From Candidatus Bipolaricaulota bacterium (GTDB lineage Bacteria; Bipolaricaulota; Bipolaricaulia; UBA7950; UBA9294): 64,000 nucleotides of DNA. The stretch covers positions 76,998-140,997 of the forward strand of contig JANQGM010000026.1 in assembly GCA_028277345.1 (NCBI GenBank), read 5' to 3'. Of this stretch, positions 11,087 to 20,998 are shown piece after piece. Positions within the stretch are counted from its first letter, which is position 1, and each line of letters starts with the position of its first letter. The translations under genes and the position numbers were made by a program. Under the pieces are notes generated by a model. That model was given only the letters and a program-made list of their open reading frames with translations. It made no database searches and had not been told where the DNA came from.

Positions 11087-12123
11087 TCGGATCGAATCGG
11101 CTGTAGATTCAGCGAGTCCGAGAAATGACAGGTTGCAAAGTGGAGATCTCCCAAGTCGCGGTAGACGGGAGCCTCAGTTTTGCAGATATCCTTCGCGTAC
11201 TGGCAACGCGGATGGAAGTAGCAACCCGGAGGAGGCGCCACGGGACTGGGAACATCGCCTTCCAGCAGGATACGTTCGACGTTCCAATCCGGATCCGGTA
11301 CCGGCACCGCCGACATCAACGCTTCGGTGTAGGGATGCTTGGGCGTCGTGAACAGGGCCTCGGTGGTCGCCAGTTCAGCGATCTTGCCCAAGTACATGAC
11401 GGCAACGCGATCGGAGATGTGCTTCACGACGGACAGGTCGTGCGCGATAAACAGGTACGTTAGTCCGAATTCGCCCTGCAAATCTTCCAACAGGTTCAGA
11501 ACCTGAGCCTGAATCGAAACATCCAGTGCGGACACCGGCTCGTCGCAGATGATGAGCTGCGGATCAAGCGCCAAGGCGCGAGCGACGCCGATGCGCTGGC
11601 GCTGACCGCCGGAGAATTCGTGCGGATAGCGCTTCATGTGGTCGGGCTTCAGTCCGACCGCCGCCAGCAGCGCCTTCACGCGATCTTCGCGTTCCGCGCC
11701 CTGAGCCAATCCATGCACAAGCAACGGCTCGCCGACGATCGCACCGACCGTCATTCGCGGATTGAGCGAGGAATAGGGGTCCTGGAAGATAATCTGCATC
11801 TCTCGGCGAAGCAGCTTCAGGCTTTTGCGCTGAGCTTGGACGACATCAACCTCTTTGTAGTCCTCGCCAGAGGCCGCCATCTTCTTGCTTTTGAAGACGA
11901 TCTCGCCTTCGGTTGGCTCGATCAATCGAAGAATCGAGCGCCCGGCCGTCGTTTTTCCACAACCACTTTCCCCGACGAGGCCAAGGGTTTCGCCCTCACG
12001 GATGAACATATCGATTCCATCCACGGCCTTGACATGAGCGACAGTTCGGCGGAAAACGCCCTTGCGTACAGGGAAGTACTTCTTCAGCCCTTTGACATCG
12101 AGCAAAATATTATCGGAAGGCAA
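11083..12123 (-). CDS. Oligopeptide/dipeptide ABC ATP-binding protein (OppF/DppF-like)
   Basis: [39 protein letters not shown]-terminal Cys-rich oligo_HPY tail. Confidence 0.95.
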   Translation of the reverse strand: MPSDNILLDVKGLKKYFPVRKGVFRRTVAHVKAVDGIDMFIREGETLGLVGESGCGKTTAGRSILRLIEPTEGEIVFKSKKMAASGEDYKEVDVVQAQRKSLKLLRREMQIIFQDPYSSLNPRMTVGAIVGEPLLVHGLAQGAEREDRVKALLAAVGLKPDHMKRYPHEFSGGQRQRIGVARALALDPQLIICDEPVSALDVSIQAQVLNLLEDLQGEFGLTYLFIAHDLSVVKHISDRVAVMYLGKIAELATTEALFTTPKHPYTEALMSAVPVPDPDWNVERILLEGDVPSPVAPPPGCYFHPRCQYAKDICKTEAPVYRDLGDLHFATCHFSDSLNLQPIRSE

Positions 12124-12141
12124 ACGTAATCACCTCTTCTG

Positions 12142-13122
12142 TCATTCGTAGAGATAGCAGGCCGCCGTGTGTCCGGGGGCCACTTCTCTGAGTTCCGGCA
12201 TCTTGGTCTTGCAGATTTCCATCGCATGCGGGCAGCGGGGTTCAAATCCACACCCCGGCGGCGTCTCAAACGGATCAGGGACAACGCCCTTAATCGGTTC
12301 AAGCCGTTCCTTGTCCGCAGCCAGCGACGGGATGGAATGCATCAATCCCTGCGTGTACGGATGCTTCGAATTGTGGAAGACCTCGCGTACATTGGAGGCT
12401 TCGACAATGCGTCCCAAATACATGACGACGACATCGTCGGCCATGCCGGCGATGACGCCCAAGTCATGCGTGATGAACTGAATGGATGCTTGGAACTCTT
12501 GGCGAAGAGCATTCATGAGCTCGAGAACCTGAGCTTGAATCGTCACGTCGAGTGCCGTCGTCGGTTCGTCTGCGATCAACAGCGACGGGTTGCAAGACAT
12601 CGCCATGGCGATCATGGCGCGCTGCCGCATACCACCGGAGAGTTGGTGCGGATACTCGTCCACGCGTTGTTCGGGTAGCGGAATACCAACGGCGCGAAGC
12701 ATCTCAACCGCCTTGGTCTTTGCTTCCGCCTTGTTTAGCTCTTGATGGAGAATGATCGCTTCCATGATCTGGTTTCCGATGGTGTACACAGGATTGAGCG
12801 ATGTCATCGGCTCCTGGAAGATCATCGCAATTTCGTTTCCACGAATGGAACGCATCTCGCGACCCTTGGGATTGAACTTGGTTAAGTCCATCACCTTGCC
12901 ATCACGATGGAAAAGAATTTCGCCGTCCTCGATCTTTCCGGGAGGCGACTGCACCAATCCCATGATCGATAGCGCCGTCACGGATTTTCCACATCCGCTT
13001 TCCCCCACGACGCCCAGCGTCTTCTCTTGTTCGATCGTGTAATCCACTCCATCTACCGCACGGACGATTCCATCTTCCGTGTAGAAGTACGTTTTGAGAC
13101 CTCTAACCTCGATTAGCGGCAC
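12142..13122 (-). CDS. Oligopeptide/dipeptide ABC ATP-binding protein (OppD/DppD-like)
   Basis: [35 protein letters not shown]. Confidence 0.95.
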   Translation of the reverse strand: MPLIEVRGLKTYFYTEDGIVRAVDGVDYTIEQEKTLGVVGESGCGKSVTALSIMGLVQSPPGKIEDGEILFHRDGKVMDLTKFNPKGREMRSIRGNEIAMIFQEPMTSLNPVYTIGNQIMEAIILHQELNKAEAKTKAVEMLRAVGIPLPEQRVDEYPHQLSGGMRQRAMIAMAMSCNPSLLIADEPTTALDVTIQAQVLELMNALRQEFQASIQFITHDLGVIAGMADDVVVMYLGRIVEASNVREVFHNSKHPYTQGLMHSIPSLAADKERLEPIKGVVPDPFETPPGCGFEPRCPHAMEICKTKMPELREVAPGHTAACYLYE

Positions 13123-13146
13123 CGGTCCAACCTCCTCGTCGCAACA

Positions 13147-13377
13147 CTAAAGGATTGATAGTACAAGACCCAATACAAAGAAAACGGCGGCCAATGCCAC
13201 CGTCAATGTCCGTTTCGGATCCCTCACTTCATCGCGTCCGAAAACCGTGCTGGACATCCCTGCTCCGAACGCGCCTCCTAACCCCGAGTGTTCACTCATC
13301 TGTAGAAGGATTAATGCCATCAAAGCGAAGCAGTTCAAGAAAAACAAAACCTCAAGAATACGTTGCACGATTATCAT
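13147..13377 (-). CDS. secG: Preprotein translocase subunit SecG
   Basis: Two TM segments, LILLQ...GLGGAFG.G.S.TVFG. Confidence 0.9.
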   Translation of the reverse strand: MIIVQRILEVLFFLNCFALMALILLQMSEHSGLGGAFGAGMSSTVFGRDEVRDPKRTLTVALAAVFFVLGLVLSIL

Positions 13378-13429
13378 CGATCGCGGGTCCTTTCTATGAA
13401 TCCCTTAGAGATATCTGGAGTCGCGAACG

Positions 13430-13458
13430 ATTATAGCATAAAGAAACAGAGTGCTCAA
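13430..13458 (-). promoter_or_regulatory. sigma70 promoter (extended -10) of secG and the downstream ATPase pair and rdgB
   Basis: Minus strand TTGAGC-N17-TATAAT with TG extension. Confidence 0.65.
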
Positions 13459-13516
13459 TACCTTAAATGAACGAGGCTTGCGCCACTTCGGGGGGTTGCG
13501 TAAGCTATGAAAACGG

Positions 13517-15151
13517 ATGTCGAAAAGGTGGGTGTCGCAGCCAGTGCGCAAGTACATCTTCGTAACCGGGGGGGTCCTCTCAGGACTGGGCAAAGGTGTC
13601 ATTTCTTCTTCTATCGGACTTCTTCTCAAGCTTCAAGGCCACGTGGTTTCACTTCAGAAGATCGACCCTTACGTGAACGTCGATGCCGGGACGATGAATC
13701 CCTATGAGCACGGTGAGGTCTTCGTCACCCGCGACGGCAAGGAGACCGATCTTGACATCGGACGTTACGAACGCTTTCTCGATGAGGAGTTGACCGCCTC
13801 CAACTACATCACCACCGGACAGGTCTACTGGAACGTCATCCGCAAGGAGCGAAGCGGTAAGTACTTGGGGAAGACGGTTCAGATCATTCCGCACATCACC
13901 GACGAGATTAAGCGGCTCATCCGGCTCCCGCTCGAAGAAAACGATGCCGAAATCGGAGTCATCGAAATCGGCGGGACCGTCGGAGATATCGAAAGCCTGC
14001 CGTTCCTCGAGGCATTGCGCCAGATGAAGGACGAACTCCCACGGGAGGACACCTTCTTCGTGCACGTCACGTTGCTGCCCCGGTTGTCGACCTCCGATGA
14101 GGTAAAGACAAAGCCAACCCAGCATTCGGTCAAGGAATTGCGCGCCATCGGCATTCAGCCCAATGCCATTGTCGCACGCTGCGATCAGCCGCTTCCCGAG
14201 CCCGTGAAAGAAAAGATCGCTCTGTTTTGCGATGTCCCTTTGCAAAACGTCATCGAAGATCCCGACCTTCGCTCGATCTACCACGCCCCGCTGGCCATGT
14301 CCGATTACCAACTTCACCATCGCGTGGCCGAAGGCCTTCAGCTTGATGTGGCCGATGCGCCGCTTCAGGAATGGACCCGACTCGTTCGACGCACAGAACA
14401 TCCCGACTCCCGCGTGCGCGTGGGGCTTGTCGGGAAATACGTGGAATTGCGCGATTCCTACATTAGCGTGAGCGAAGCGCTGCTCCATGCCGGGGCCTGG
14501 GAGAACATCGGCGTCGACATCGAATGGATTTCCGCCGAAAGCCTGACGGAGGGCGGTGGGACAGCTTCTCTTGCCGAGTTGGACGGAATTCTGATTCCCG
14601 GTGGATTCGGACATCGCGGCGTCGAGGGCAAACTTGAAGCCGTCGAATTCGCGCGCGCGCAGCGGATCCCCTACTTCGGCTTGTGCCTCGGACTTCAATG
14701 TGCGGTCATTGAATTCGCACGCAACGTGCTTGGATGGGAGGGCGCGAATACCACTGAAAACGACCCCGAGACGCCCTATCCTGTGATCGCGCTACTCGAG
14801 GAGCAGATCCAGGTCACTCAAAAGGGCGGCACCATGCGGCTGGGCGTCTATGAATCGACCCTGGCCCCCGACAGCATCAGCCGCCGTTGGTATGAAACGG
14901 ATACGATTGCCGAACGGCACCGGCATCGGTATGAGTTCAACGCGGCGTTCCGCCAAGAGATGGAAGCGGCGGGGTTGCGCATTGCCGGAACCTCGGCAGA
15001 CGGCCAACTGGTGGAGATCGTCGAACTGAGAGACCATCCGTGGTTCGTGTCCGTTCAGTTCCATCCCGAGTTCACGTCGCGGTTCTTGTCTCCTCACCCG
15101 CTGTTCCGTGGATTCATCCGATCATGTCTCGAACAACGCGCCTCGTCCTGA
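13517..15151 (+). CDS. pyrG: CTP synthase (alternative start GTG 13544)
   Basis: KYIFVTGGVLSGLGKG, KTKPTQHSV, GLCLGLQ, ERHRHRYE, QFHPEF. Confidence 0.99.
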   Translation: MSKRWVSQPVRKYIFVTGGVLSGLGKGVISSSIGLLLKLQGHVVSLQKIDPYVNVDAGTMNPYEHGEVFVTRDGKETDLDIGRYERFLDEELTASNYITTGQVYWNVIRKERSGKYLGKTVQIIPHITDEIKRLIRLPLEENDAEIGVIEIGGTVGDIESLPFLEALRQMKDELPREDTFFVHVTLLPRLSTSDEVKTKPTQHSVKELRAIGIQPNAIVARCDQPLPEPVKEKIALFCDVPLQNVIEDPDLRSIYHAPLAMSDYQLHHRVAEGLQLDVADAPLQEWTRLVRRTEHPDSRVRVGLVGKYVELRDSYISVSEALLHAGAWENIGVDIEWISAESLTEGGGTASLAELDGILIPGGFGHRGVEGKLEAVEFARAQRIPYFGLCLGLQCAVIEFARNVLGWEGANTTENDPETPYPVIALLEEQIQVTQKGGTMRLGVYESTLAPDSISRRWYETDTIAERHRHRYEFNAAFRQEMEAAGLRIAGTSADGQLVEIVELRDHPWFVSVQFHPEFTSRFLSPHPLFRGFIRSCLEQRASS

Positions 15152-15912
15152 TTCTCGTTCTGGTCGCCATCGGCGCCTGGGTTCTGCTCCGGCGCCCGCC
15201 ACCTTCAGAAGATTCCATCCTTTCCGCTGATGGACTTGAGCTTCTCGGTCATCACGCCAACGGCACGCCGGCGTGGAGGATCTCCGCGACCTCCGGAACG
15301 TTGGATGCCCCGAACGGTATCCTCGAAGAGGTGGAACTCACGTTCTACGACGCCGGAGATGAAGCCATGCGCGTCTACGGTGATCGTCTGTCTCGCAATT
15401 CCAGCGGGAGCACGTTGTCGGGGGATGTCATCATCGAACAGCCCGGCCGATCCACGCTTCGCACGGAGCAGGCCTTTTGGGATGAAGGCCACGACATTCT
15501 CGAAGCCGGTGCGATTGAGCTTGAGTTCGAGGACGGTACCCTCGAAGCGGGGTCGTTCCATCACGACCTGTCATCGGATCGTTCGGTGCTCTCACAAGGC
15601 ATCGACGTGCAACTTATTCGCGCTCAGGAAACCGTTCGGGCAACCGCGCAATCCGCGGAGTTCGAAGACCAACAGTTTCGCCTTCTCGGAGATGTCGAAG
15701 CCGTCTCCGGATCGGCGACAGAGCTTCGCGCACGTCAACTCACCTACCGCCCTTCTGACCGTTCGCTTCAGTTTACGCACGATGTCGAAGGCCGTTGGGA
15801 AAACATGGCCTTCTCGTCGACCGAAGCGCACGTGACGGATGAGGGCTTTCAGCTTCGCGGAAACGTGATCGTCGACCTCGATCTGACTAGAATGACGTCC
15901 CATGACTCTTGA
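15124..15912 (+). CDS. LptC/LptA-like beta-jellyroll periplasmic protein with N-terminal membrane anchor
   Basis: N-terminal TM (RLVLILVLVAIGAWVLL), beta-rich repeats (L.GDV.I; L.GDV; L.GNV), directly upstream of lptB. Confidence 0.65.
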   Translation: MSRTTRLVLILVLVAIGAWVLLRRPPPSEDSILSADGLELLGHHANGTPAWRISATSGTLDAPNGILEEVELTFYDAGDEAMRVYGDRLSRNSSGSTLSGDVIIEQPGRSTLRTEQAFWDEGHDILEAGAIELEFEDGTLEAGSFHHDLSSDRSVLSQGIDVQLIRAQETVRATAQSAEFEDQQFRLLGDVEAVSGSATELRARQLTYRPSDRSLQFTHDVEGRWENMAFSSTEAHVTDEGFQLRGNVIVDLDLTRMTSHDS

Positions 15913-16639
15913 AGCACGAGGCCTCACCAAGTCGTATCGCAAACGCACCGTCGTCCAGAAACTCTCGCTGGCCGTTCATCGCGGACGGATCGTCGGGTTG
16001 CTCGGTCCGAACGGGGCGGGCAAGACAACCACGTTCTACATGATGATCGGCTTCATCTCGGCGGACGCGGGAGAAGTCCGCTTGGATGATGTAGATATTT
16101 CCGATTTGCCGTTCTTTCAACGTGCTCGATTGGGGATCGGCTATTTGCCTCAGGAGCCGTCCGTTTTCACCAAGGCCACCGTCGCTGAGAACCTTGACCT
16201 CGCCATGGAATGGAAGGGAGAGAAACGTAGCGATCCCCGCGCACGCAATCGCTTGTTGGACGAATTCGGACTTCTCGCGCTCAGCGGCCACCGGGCGGGC
16301 ACGCTGTCCTCAGGAGAACGCCGCCGCTTGGAGATCGCGCGAACGCTGGCCACAAATCCCAGCTATGTCCTCCTCGACGAGCCCTTCTCGGGCATCGACC
16401 CCATCTCCATCGCAGATCTGCAGAATGAGATTATTGCGCTCAAAGAGCGAAACATCGGCGTCATCATCACCGACCACAATGTCCGGGATACCCTATCCAT
16501 CGTCGATTCGGCACTGCTCATCGATAAGGGATGCTTGATCGCCGAAGGAACGCCGGATGAGATCATCGCCCATCCGGAAGCGCGCCGCGTTTATTTGGGC
16601 GAGGGATTTCGGCCGCTCGATCGCCGCTCCCTGACGTAG
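15902..16639 (+). CDS. lptB: LPS-export-type ABC ATPase LptB
   Basis: GLLGPNGAGKTTTFYM, GYLPQEPSVF, LSSGERRRLEIAR.LA, LLDEPFSGIDP, ITDHNVRDTL, YLGE.F. Confidence 0.93.
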   Translation: MTLEARGLTKSYRKRTVVQKLSLAVHRGRIVGLLGPNGAGKTTTFYMMIGFISADAGEVRLDDVDISDLPFFQRARLGIGYLPQEPSVFTKATVAENLDLAMEWKGEKRSDPRARNRLLDEFGLLALSGHRAGTLSSGERRRLEIARTLATNPSYVLLDEPFSGIDPISIADLQNEIIALKERNIGVIITDHNVRDTLSIVDSALLIDKGCLIAEGTPDEIIAHPEARRVYLGEGFRPLDRRSLT

Positions 16640-17391
16640 AGTTTCTTCGCCCAGATCATCAGCCCGAACCCCACAACAAAGACGATGCTGATGGCGTGCG
16701 CGGCGCGGATGGGGCCCAACCATAGGCTGTCAGCCCGCGTAAAACTGACGATCGACCGTGCGACCGCATAGAGGATAAAATAGAGCGCGGTTGAGAAGCC
16801 GTCCCGGTACTCCCGTTTTCGTATCACCCACAAGACCGCGAAGATCGCCAGATTCAAGATCATCTCATAGATCATGGAGGGATGCGTTGCTTGTCCCGGA
16901 AACGCCATGCCCGCAGGGGAATCGGCGGGGAAACGGAGCCCCCAAGGCAACGTCGTCGGCAACCCATAAGCATCGCCATTGGTGAGATTGCCGATCCGCC
17001 CGATCGCCTGCCCGAGAATAAGGCTCGGCACAATGGCATCCGTCAATGCCCAGAATCGAACCTTCTTGAATCGAGCATAGAGATAGACCACCAGGGCGCC
17101 GGCGAGCACACCCCCGTGAATGGCCAACCCCCCTTGCCAGAGTTTGAGAATATCGAGCAGCCGTGTTCCATAGTGCTCCCAATGGAACACGACATAGTAC
17201 AAGCGGGCGCCGATGATGGCCGATGGCACCGTCCACAAGAGGAGATCAAGCAGGTTATCCGTGGAAAGCCCCAGGTTCTTGCGCGCAGCTTCCCGGGATA
17301 GCAGAAAGAAACCAAGGGCAATGGCAATCACATACATGAGACCGTAGTACCGAATCGTAATGGGGCCTACCTGTAGAAGAATCGGATGCAT
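16591..17391 (-). CDS. lgt: Prolipoprotein diacylglyceryl transferase
   Basis: RYYGLMY, GARLYYV, W.GGLAIHGG, QAIGRIGN, HP..IYE; 3' end overlaps lptB by 49 nt. Confidence 0.97.
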   Translation of the reverse strand: MHPILLQVGPITIRYYGLMYVIAIALGFFLLSREAARKNLGLSTDNLLDLLLWTVPSAIIGARLYYVVFHWEHYGTRLLDILKLWQGGLAIHGGVLAGALVVYLYARFKKVRFWALTDAIVPSLILGQAIGRIGNLTNGDAYGLPTTLPWGLRFPADSPAGMAFPGQATHPSMIYEMILNLAIFAVLWVIRKREYRDGFSTALYFILYAVARSIVSFTRADSLWLGPIRAAHAISIVFVVGFGLMIWAKKLYVRERRSSGRNPSPK

Positions 17392-17424
17392 ACGTCCCCC
17401 TCATTGGCAGTATGATGGCAGTAT

Positions 17425-18924
17425 ATGACGCGATTCACATGGAAAAAAGCCGCGCTGGGGTCGGCTTCGGGCGCTCTCCTTGCCCTCGCCATGCCCGGAT
17501 TTGGGTTCGGCCCGCTCGTCGTCGGTGCCTTGATCCCTTTGTTCTTCGCGCTTGATGAGGAACGCGGCTTCTGGCCGGGATGGTTCTTCGGGGCCGTCTT
17601 CTTCGGCATCGACTTGCGTTGGATCGTGACCTTGGCTCGCTTTCACCCCATCGTCATTGCAGGATATCTCGCGTTGATCGTCATCTTCGGCATCGGAGGC
17701 GGCCTGTTGGGCACGATCCTGGCCTGGAAAAAACGATCCTCAATTTTGACGTGGCTTTTGCTGGCGCCGGCGGCCTTCGCGTTGGCTGAATTCATCCGCA
17801 CATTGGGACCGCTGAGCCTGGGCTTCTCCACCTTGTACAGCACCCTCTATCGAGCCCCATGGGCGATCCAGGCAGCCGCATTCCTGGGTCCTTGGTTTCT
17901 TTCCTTTACGCTCACAGGGATCAATGGCGCTCTGTATCTCGCCCTCCGGAAGCGGCGACTGGCGTACCTTGGTATCTCCGTCGGGCTGGCCGCCCTGCTG
18001 ATCGGATTCCAATGGATGCCGTCAAGAAGCGAGAGCCTCTCGCCGCTCGATGTCGCGGTGGTGTCCTCCAAGGTCGATCAAAAGGTCAAGCTGGACGGAC
18101 GCAATCTCGACGCCCTGACCGAACGGTACCTCGCGTTGGGAACGAAGGCGTTGGAGTCCCAGCCCGATCTTGTTGTGTTTCCGGAATCCATCCTGCCTTC
18201 GTACATCCTTCAGAACGAGCCGCTCAAAGATGCCTTCGCTCATCTCGCACGCGACGGAGGGATGCGCGTTCTGCTTGGAACCGGCGAGTATCGAGACCGC
18301 AGCATCTTCAATGCCGTCGCGCTATTCTCAGAAGCTGGCGCGCTTGTGGGCACCTATCACATGGTATGGCCCGTTCCCTTTGGCGAGTACATCCCCGGAC
18401 GCCGCGTGCTGGAATGGATCGGACTGGGCGGGTGGGCCCGCTCCTTCCTCCCCCTCGACCTGAGCCGCGGGGACGGCTTTGATCCGTTGGAGGACTTGGG
18501 GACGCCCATTTGCTTCGAATCGACCTTTCCCGCGCCCTCACGCCAGTTCACGCAAAACGGCGCCCACCTGTTGATCACGGTCACCAACGACGCCTGGTTC
18601 AACGAAAGCTCGGCCTTGCCCGCTCACTTCGCGTCCGGCGTCTTCAGGGCGGTAGAAAACCGGCGTTGGTTCATCCAATCCGCCAACGGCGGCATCTCGG
18701 GCGTCATCTCTCCTCGCGGCGAGATTGTGGCCTCACTCAACGCCGAGGGCGTTCTCATTGAGCGCGTTCATGCGCAAGCGGGCCGCTCCGTCTATACCCG
18801 GTGGGGAGACCTCCCGCTCTTGTTGGGCAGCCTCACGATCGCGCTGGGAGTTTATGCGCACCGGCTCTGGCCACTCAAACAAAAACGGGGCGAGAGGATG
18901 CCTCCCGCCCCGTCGATCTACTGA
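17425..18924 (+). CDS. lnt: Apolipoprotein N-acyltransferase (catalytic Lys appears replaced)
   Basis: N-terminal TM bundle, FPES, VPFGEYIP, ICFE, TNDAWF, RAVENRR..IQSANGGISG. Confidence 0.92.
   Translation: MTRFTWKKAALGSASGALLALAMPGFGFGPLVVGALIPLFFALDEERGFWPGWFFGAVFFGIDLRWIVTLARFHPIVIAGYLALIVIFGIGGGLLGTILAWKKRSSILTWLLLAPAAFALAEFIRTLGPLSLGFSTLYSTLYRAPWAIQAAAFLGPWFLSFTLTGINGALYLALRKRRLAYLGISVGLAALLIGFQWMPSRSESLSPLDVAVVSSKVDQKVKLDGRNLDALTERYLALGTKALESQPDLVVFPESILPSYILQNEPLKDAFAHLARDGGMRVLLGTGEYRDRSIFNAVALFSEAGALVGTYHMVWPVPFGEYIPGRRVLEWIGLGGWARSFLPLDLSRGDGFDPLEDLGTPICFESTFPAPSRQFTQNGAHLLITVTNDAWFNESSALPAHFASGVFRAVENRRWFIQSANGGISGVISPRGEIVASLNAEGVLIERVHAQAGRSVYTRWGDLPLLLGSLTIALGVYAHRLWPLKQKRGERMPPAPSIY
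18877..18913 (-). terminator. Intrinsic terminator of the PKD/TolB gene, inside the lnt 3' end
   Basis: Minus strand ACGGGGCGGGAGG-CAT-CCTCTCGCCCCGT followed by TTTTGTTT. Confidence 0.65.
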
Positions 18925-18928
18925 TGCC

Positions 18929-20245
18929 CTAGCGTTTGGAGGTCGGTGAAACGTTGTTGCCCGTTTCCGTCAATTTCGTGATCACACCCGTCGCGAAGAT
19001 CACCTTATACACCTGGTAATCGCCGGAGCCATCGGCTTTCACGTAGCAGATGCCGCTGCCATCCTCGAGCCAATAGGGGCAGAATTCGTCATCATCCGTC
19101 GTGATCGCCGTGTTGAGCACGCCCAGTCCGTCGACGTAGTCTTCCAGTGATTCCGGATTCAATCCATCCGCGTCCATGATGTAGATATCGAGTTCTCCCG
19201 TCGTTCGCTCGCGGGAAAAGGCGATCTTCGCGCCATCCGGAGACCATGCAGGACGTGAGAACCCAGCGCCTGCAGGAAGGTTCAGCGCCGTTGTCGGAGC
19301 TGGAGCAAAGGCCGGCGAAGGGTCGCCATCGCGTCCATCCGAGTCATACAGCTCAATGGCGGCATTCAAGGAATCGTCCCAAAGCCAGATTGAACTTCCT
19401 CCGGTCGCCGTTTCGTTGGACACGAACACGACATCGTCATTGACCGGCGAATAGGCGGGAGCGATCGCCCACGAGGGCGTCTGCGTCGTCAATTTCGTCT
19501 GGTTGCCGCCAAGCGCCGTCATCGTATAAATCTCCCACGAAGTGGTCGAGGCGCCGTTGAGTTCGTTGGAGGCATAGGCCAGTGTGCTTCCATCCGAAGA
19601 CCAGCTCGGCTGGATCTGATTGGACGCGGTCTGCGTCGTCAGCGGATTGGTGCTGAGCCCTTCGACTGTCATCGTATGGATATCCCAGCTCATCCCATCT
19701 TCAGCGGCATAGGCGATCTTGTCCCGCGTGCCTCGAACGAGATCGGGGAACAACTCGTCATCCGCCGTATTGCGAACAGTCCCTTGGCTGGATCCATCCG
19801 CTTCCATGCGGTAGATGTCGTACTGAGCGACGCGATTGGCGGCAAAAGTAATCATGACCGGGCCGATCGTCAGCACGCCGTTGACCATGCCAATACGCCC
19901 GTCATTATCCGTGACGGTTAGCAGGACCGTATACGTGCCTTGTTCGTCATACTCATGCGTGATGACATCGGCAACATCGGTTCCTGTCGCATGCGTCGAT
20001 CCGTCGCCGAAATCGATATCATAGGAGACGATGGTTCCATCCGGGTCATTGGACCCGCTGATGTCAAAGGTGAATGTCACCGGCACCTCGCTGTCTCCGG
20101 CCGAATCGGCAATCAACAGTGCAATCGGCGCCTGGCCGAAGAAACCACGACAAGCGGCCAGCCCCATTGCCAGTACAGCTAGCAGGCAGACAGCGGCTGC
20201 AAGTTTCACGTTCCTTTGGCCCGCTTTGGCTCGTGTCGCGGACAT
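18929..20245 (-). CDS. Lipoprotein with PKD domain and TolB-like (PD40) beta-propeller
   Basis: Lipobox LAAC; PKD motifs (S.DPDG.IVSY.IDFGDG, YTV.LTVTDNDG); PSWSSDG, PAYSP, PAWSPDG repeats. Confidence 0.85.
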   Translation of the reverse strand: MSATRAKAGQRNVKLAAAVCLLAVLAMGLAACRGFFGQAPIALLIADSAGDSEVPVTFTFDISGSNDPDGTIVSYDIDFGDGSTHATGTDVADVITHEYDEQGTYTVLLTVTDNDGRIGMVNGVLTIGPVMITFAANRVAQYDIYRMEADGSSQGTVRNTADDELFPDLVRGTRDKIAYAAEDGMSWDIHTMTVEGLSTNPLTTQTASNQIQPSWSSDGSTLAYASNELNGASTTSWEIYTMTALGGNQTKLTTQTPSWAIAPAYSPVNDDVVFVSNETATGGSSIWLWDDSLNAAIELYDSDGRDGDPSPAFAPAPTTALNLPAGAGFSRPAWSPDGAKIAFSRERTTGELDIYIMDADGLNPESLEDYVDGLGVLNTAITTDDDEFCPYWLEDGSGICYVKADGSGDYQVYKVIFATGVITKLTETGNNVSPTSKR

Positions 20246-20399
20246 GTGTTGTGACCTCCTTAAGCTACCTCATCCAAACGTTTATGGGCCTCCAACTGCG
20301 CCCGGAATAGTCTACCCACGTCTGCAACCGGGTTTGTGGAACGCCGGACCGTTGCGTTCGGGGGCTTCGTCCTGGCCGGAGGTGACCAATGTCGTCCGC

Positions 20400-20424
20400 G
20401 AAACCTGTGGGAGAAAAGGGTGTA
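20400..20424 (+). promoter_or_regulatory. Putative ECF-sigma autoregulatory promoter
   Basis: GAAAC-N16-TGTA upstream of the ECF gene, resembling SigW-type TGAAAC-N16-CGTA. Confidence 0.5.
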
Positions 20425-20452
20425 TATTGGGCACACCGAGGAGGCAGTACTA

Positions 20453-20992
20453 GTGTACCGTGTGCAAGACGAGGTGAGCTTGTTGAGAGCCTCACTACAA
20501 GGAGAAACAGGAGCTTGGGGTGAAATCGTCAGCCGCTACAAAGATGCTGTGTTCGGGTTGTGCCTCGGATTCATGCGAAATCGCGCGGATGCCGAGGACA
20601 TCAGCCACGACGCGTTCATTCGCGCTTACATCAATCTACGCAAGTACGACTTGGAACGCCGGTTTTCAACGTGGCTGTTCACCATTGCCGCCAACCTCTG
20701 CCGGAATCAGCTTCGATACCGCAAGAACCACCCGTCAACCGAACAACCGCTTCAGATGGCGGGAGGAACGGATCCGGCGAAGCTCGTCTCAGCGGAAGAT
20801 CGGCAAGCGAAGGTACGGGGGGCCCTTAACCAGCTTCCCTACAGCTACCGAGCACCGCTTGTCCTTCGGTTCTACAACGAACTGCCGTATCAAGAAATCT
20901 CGGAGATCCTCTCGATTCCAGAAGGAACCGTTAAGACTCGCATTCATCGAGGGAAAGCTATGTTGAAAGACCTACTAGAGGAAGGGGCGTGA
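20453..20992 (+). CDS. ECF RNA polymerase sigma factor (SigW/RpoE-like)
   Basis: DAEDI..DAF.RAY, FSTWL..IAANLC, L.Y.EISEIL.IPEGTVKTRIHRGK; SD GAGGAGG before GTG 20453. Confidence 0.93.
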   Translation: MYRVQDEVSLLRASLQGETGAWGEIVSRYKDAVFGLCLGFMRNRADAEDISHDAFIRAYINLRKYDLERRFSTWLFTIAANLCRNQLRYRKNHPSTEQPLQMAGGTDPAKLVSAEDRQAKVRGALNQLPYSYRAPLVLRFYNELPYQEISEILSIPEGTVKTRIHRGKAMLKDLLEEGA

Positions 20993-20998
20993 TCCAGC

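Noticed and set aside
16591-16639. 49-nt convergent overlap of lptB and lgt as an antisense control system
   Set aside because: Short tail overlaps are common in compact genomes, and there is no further support
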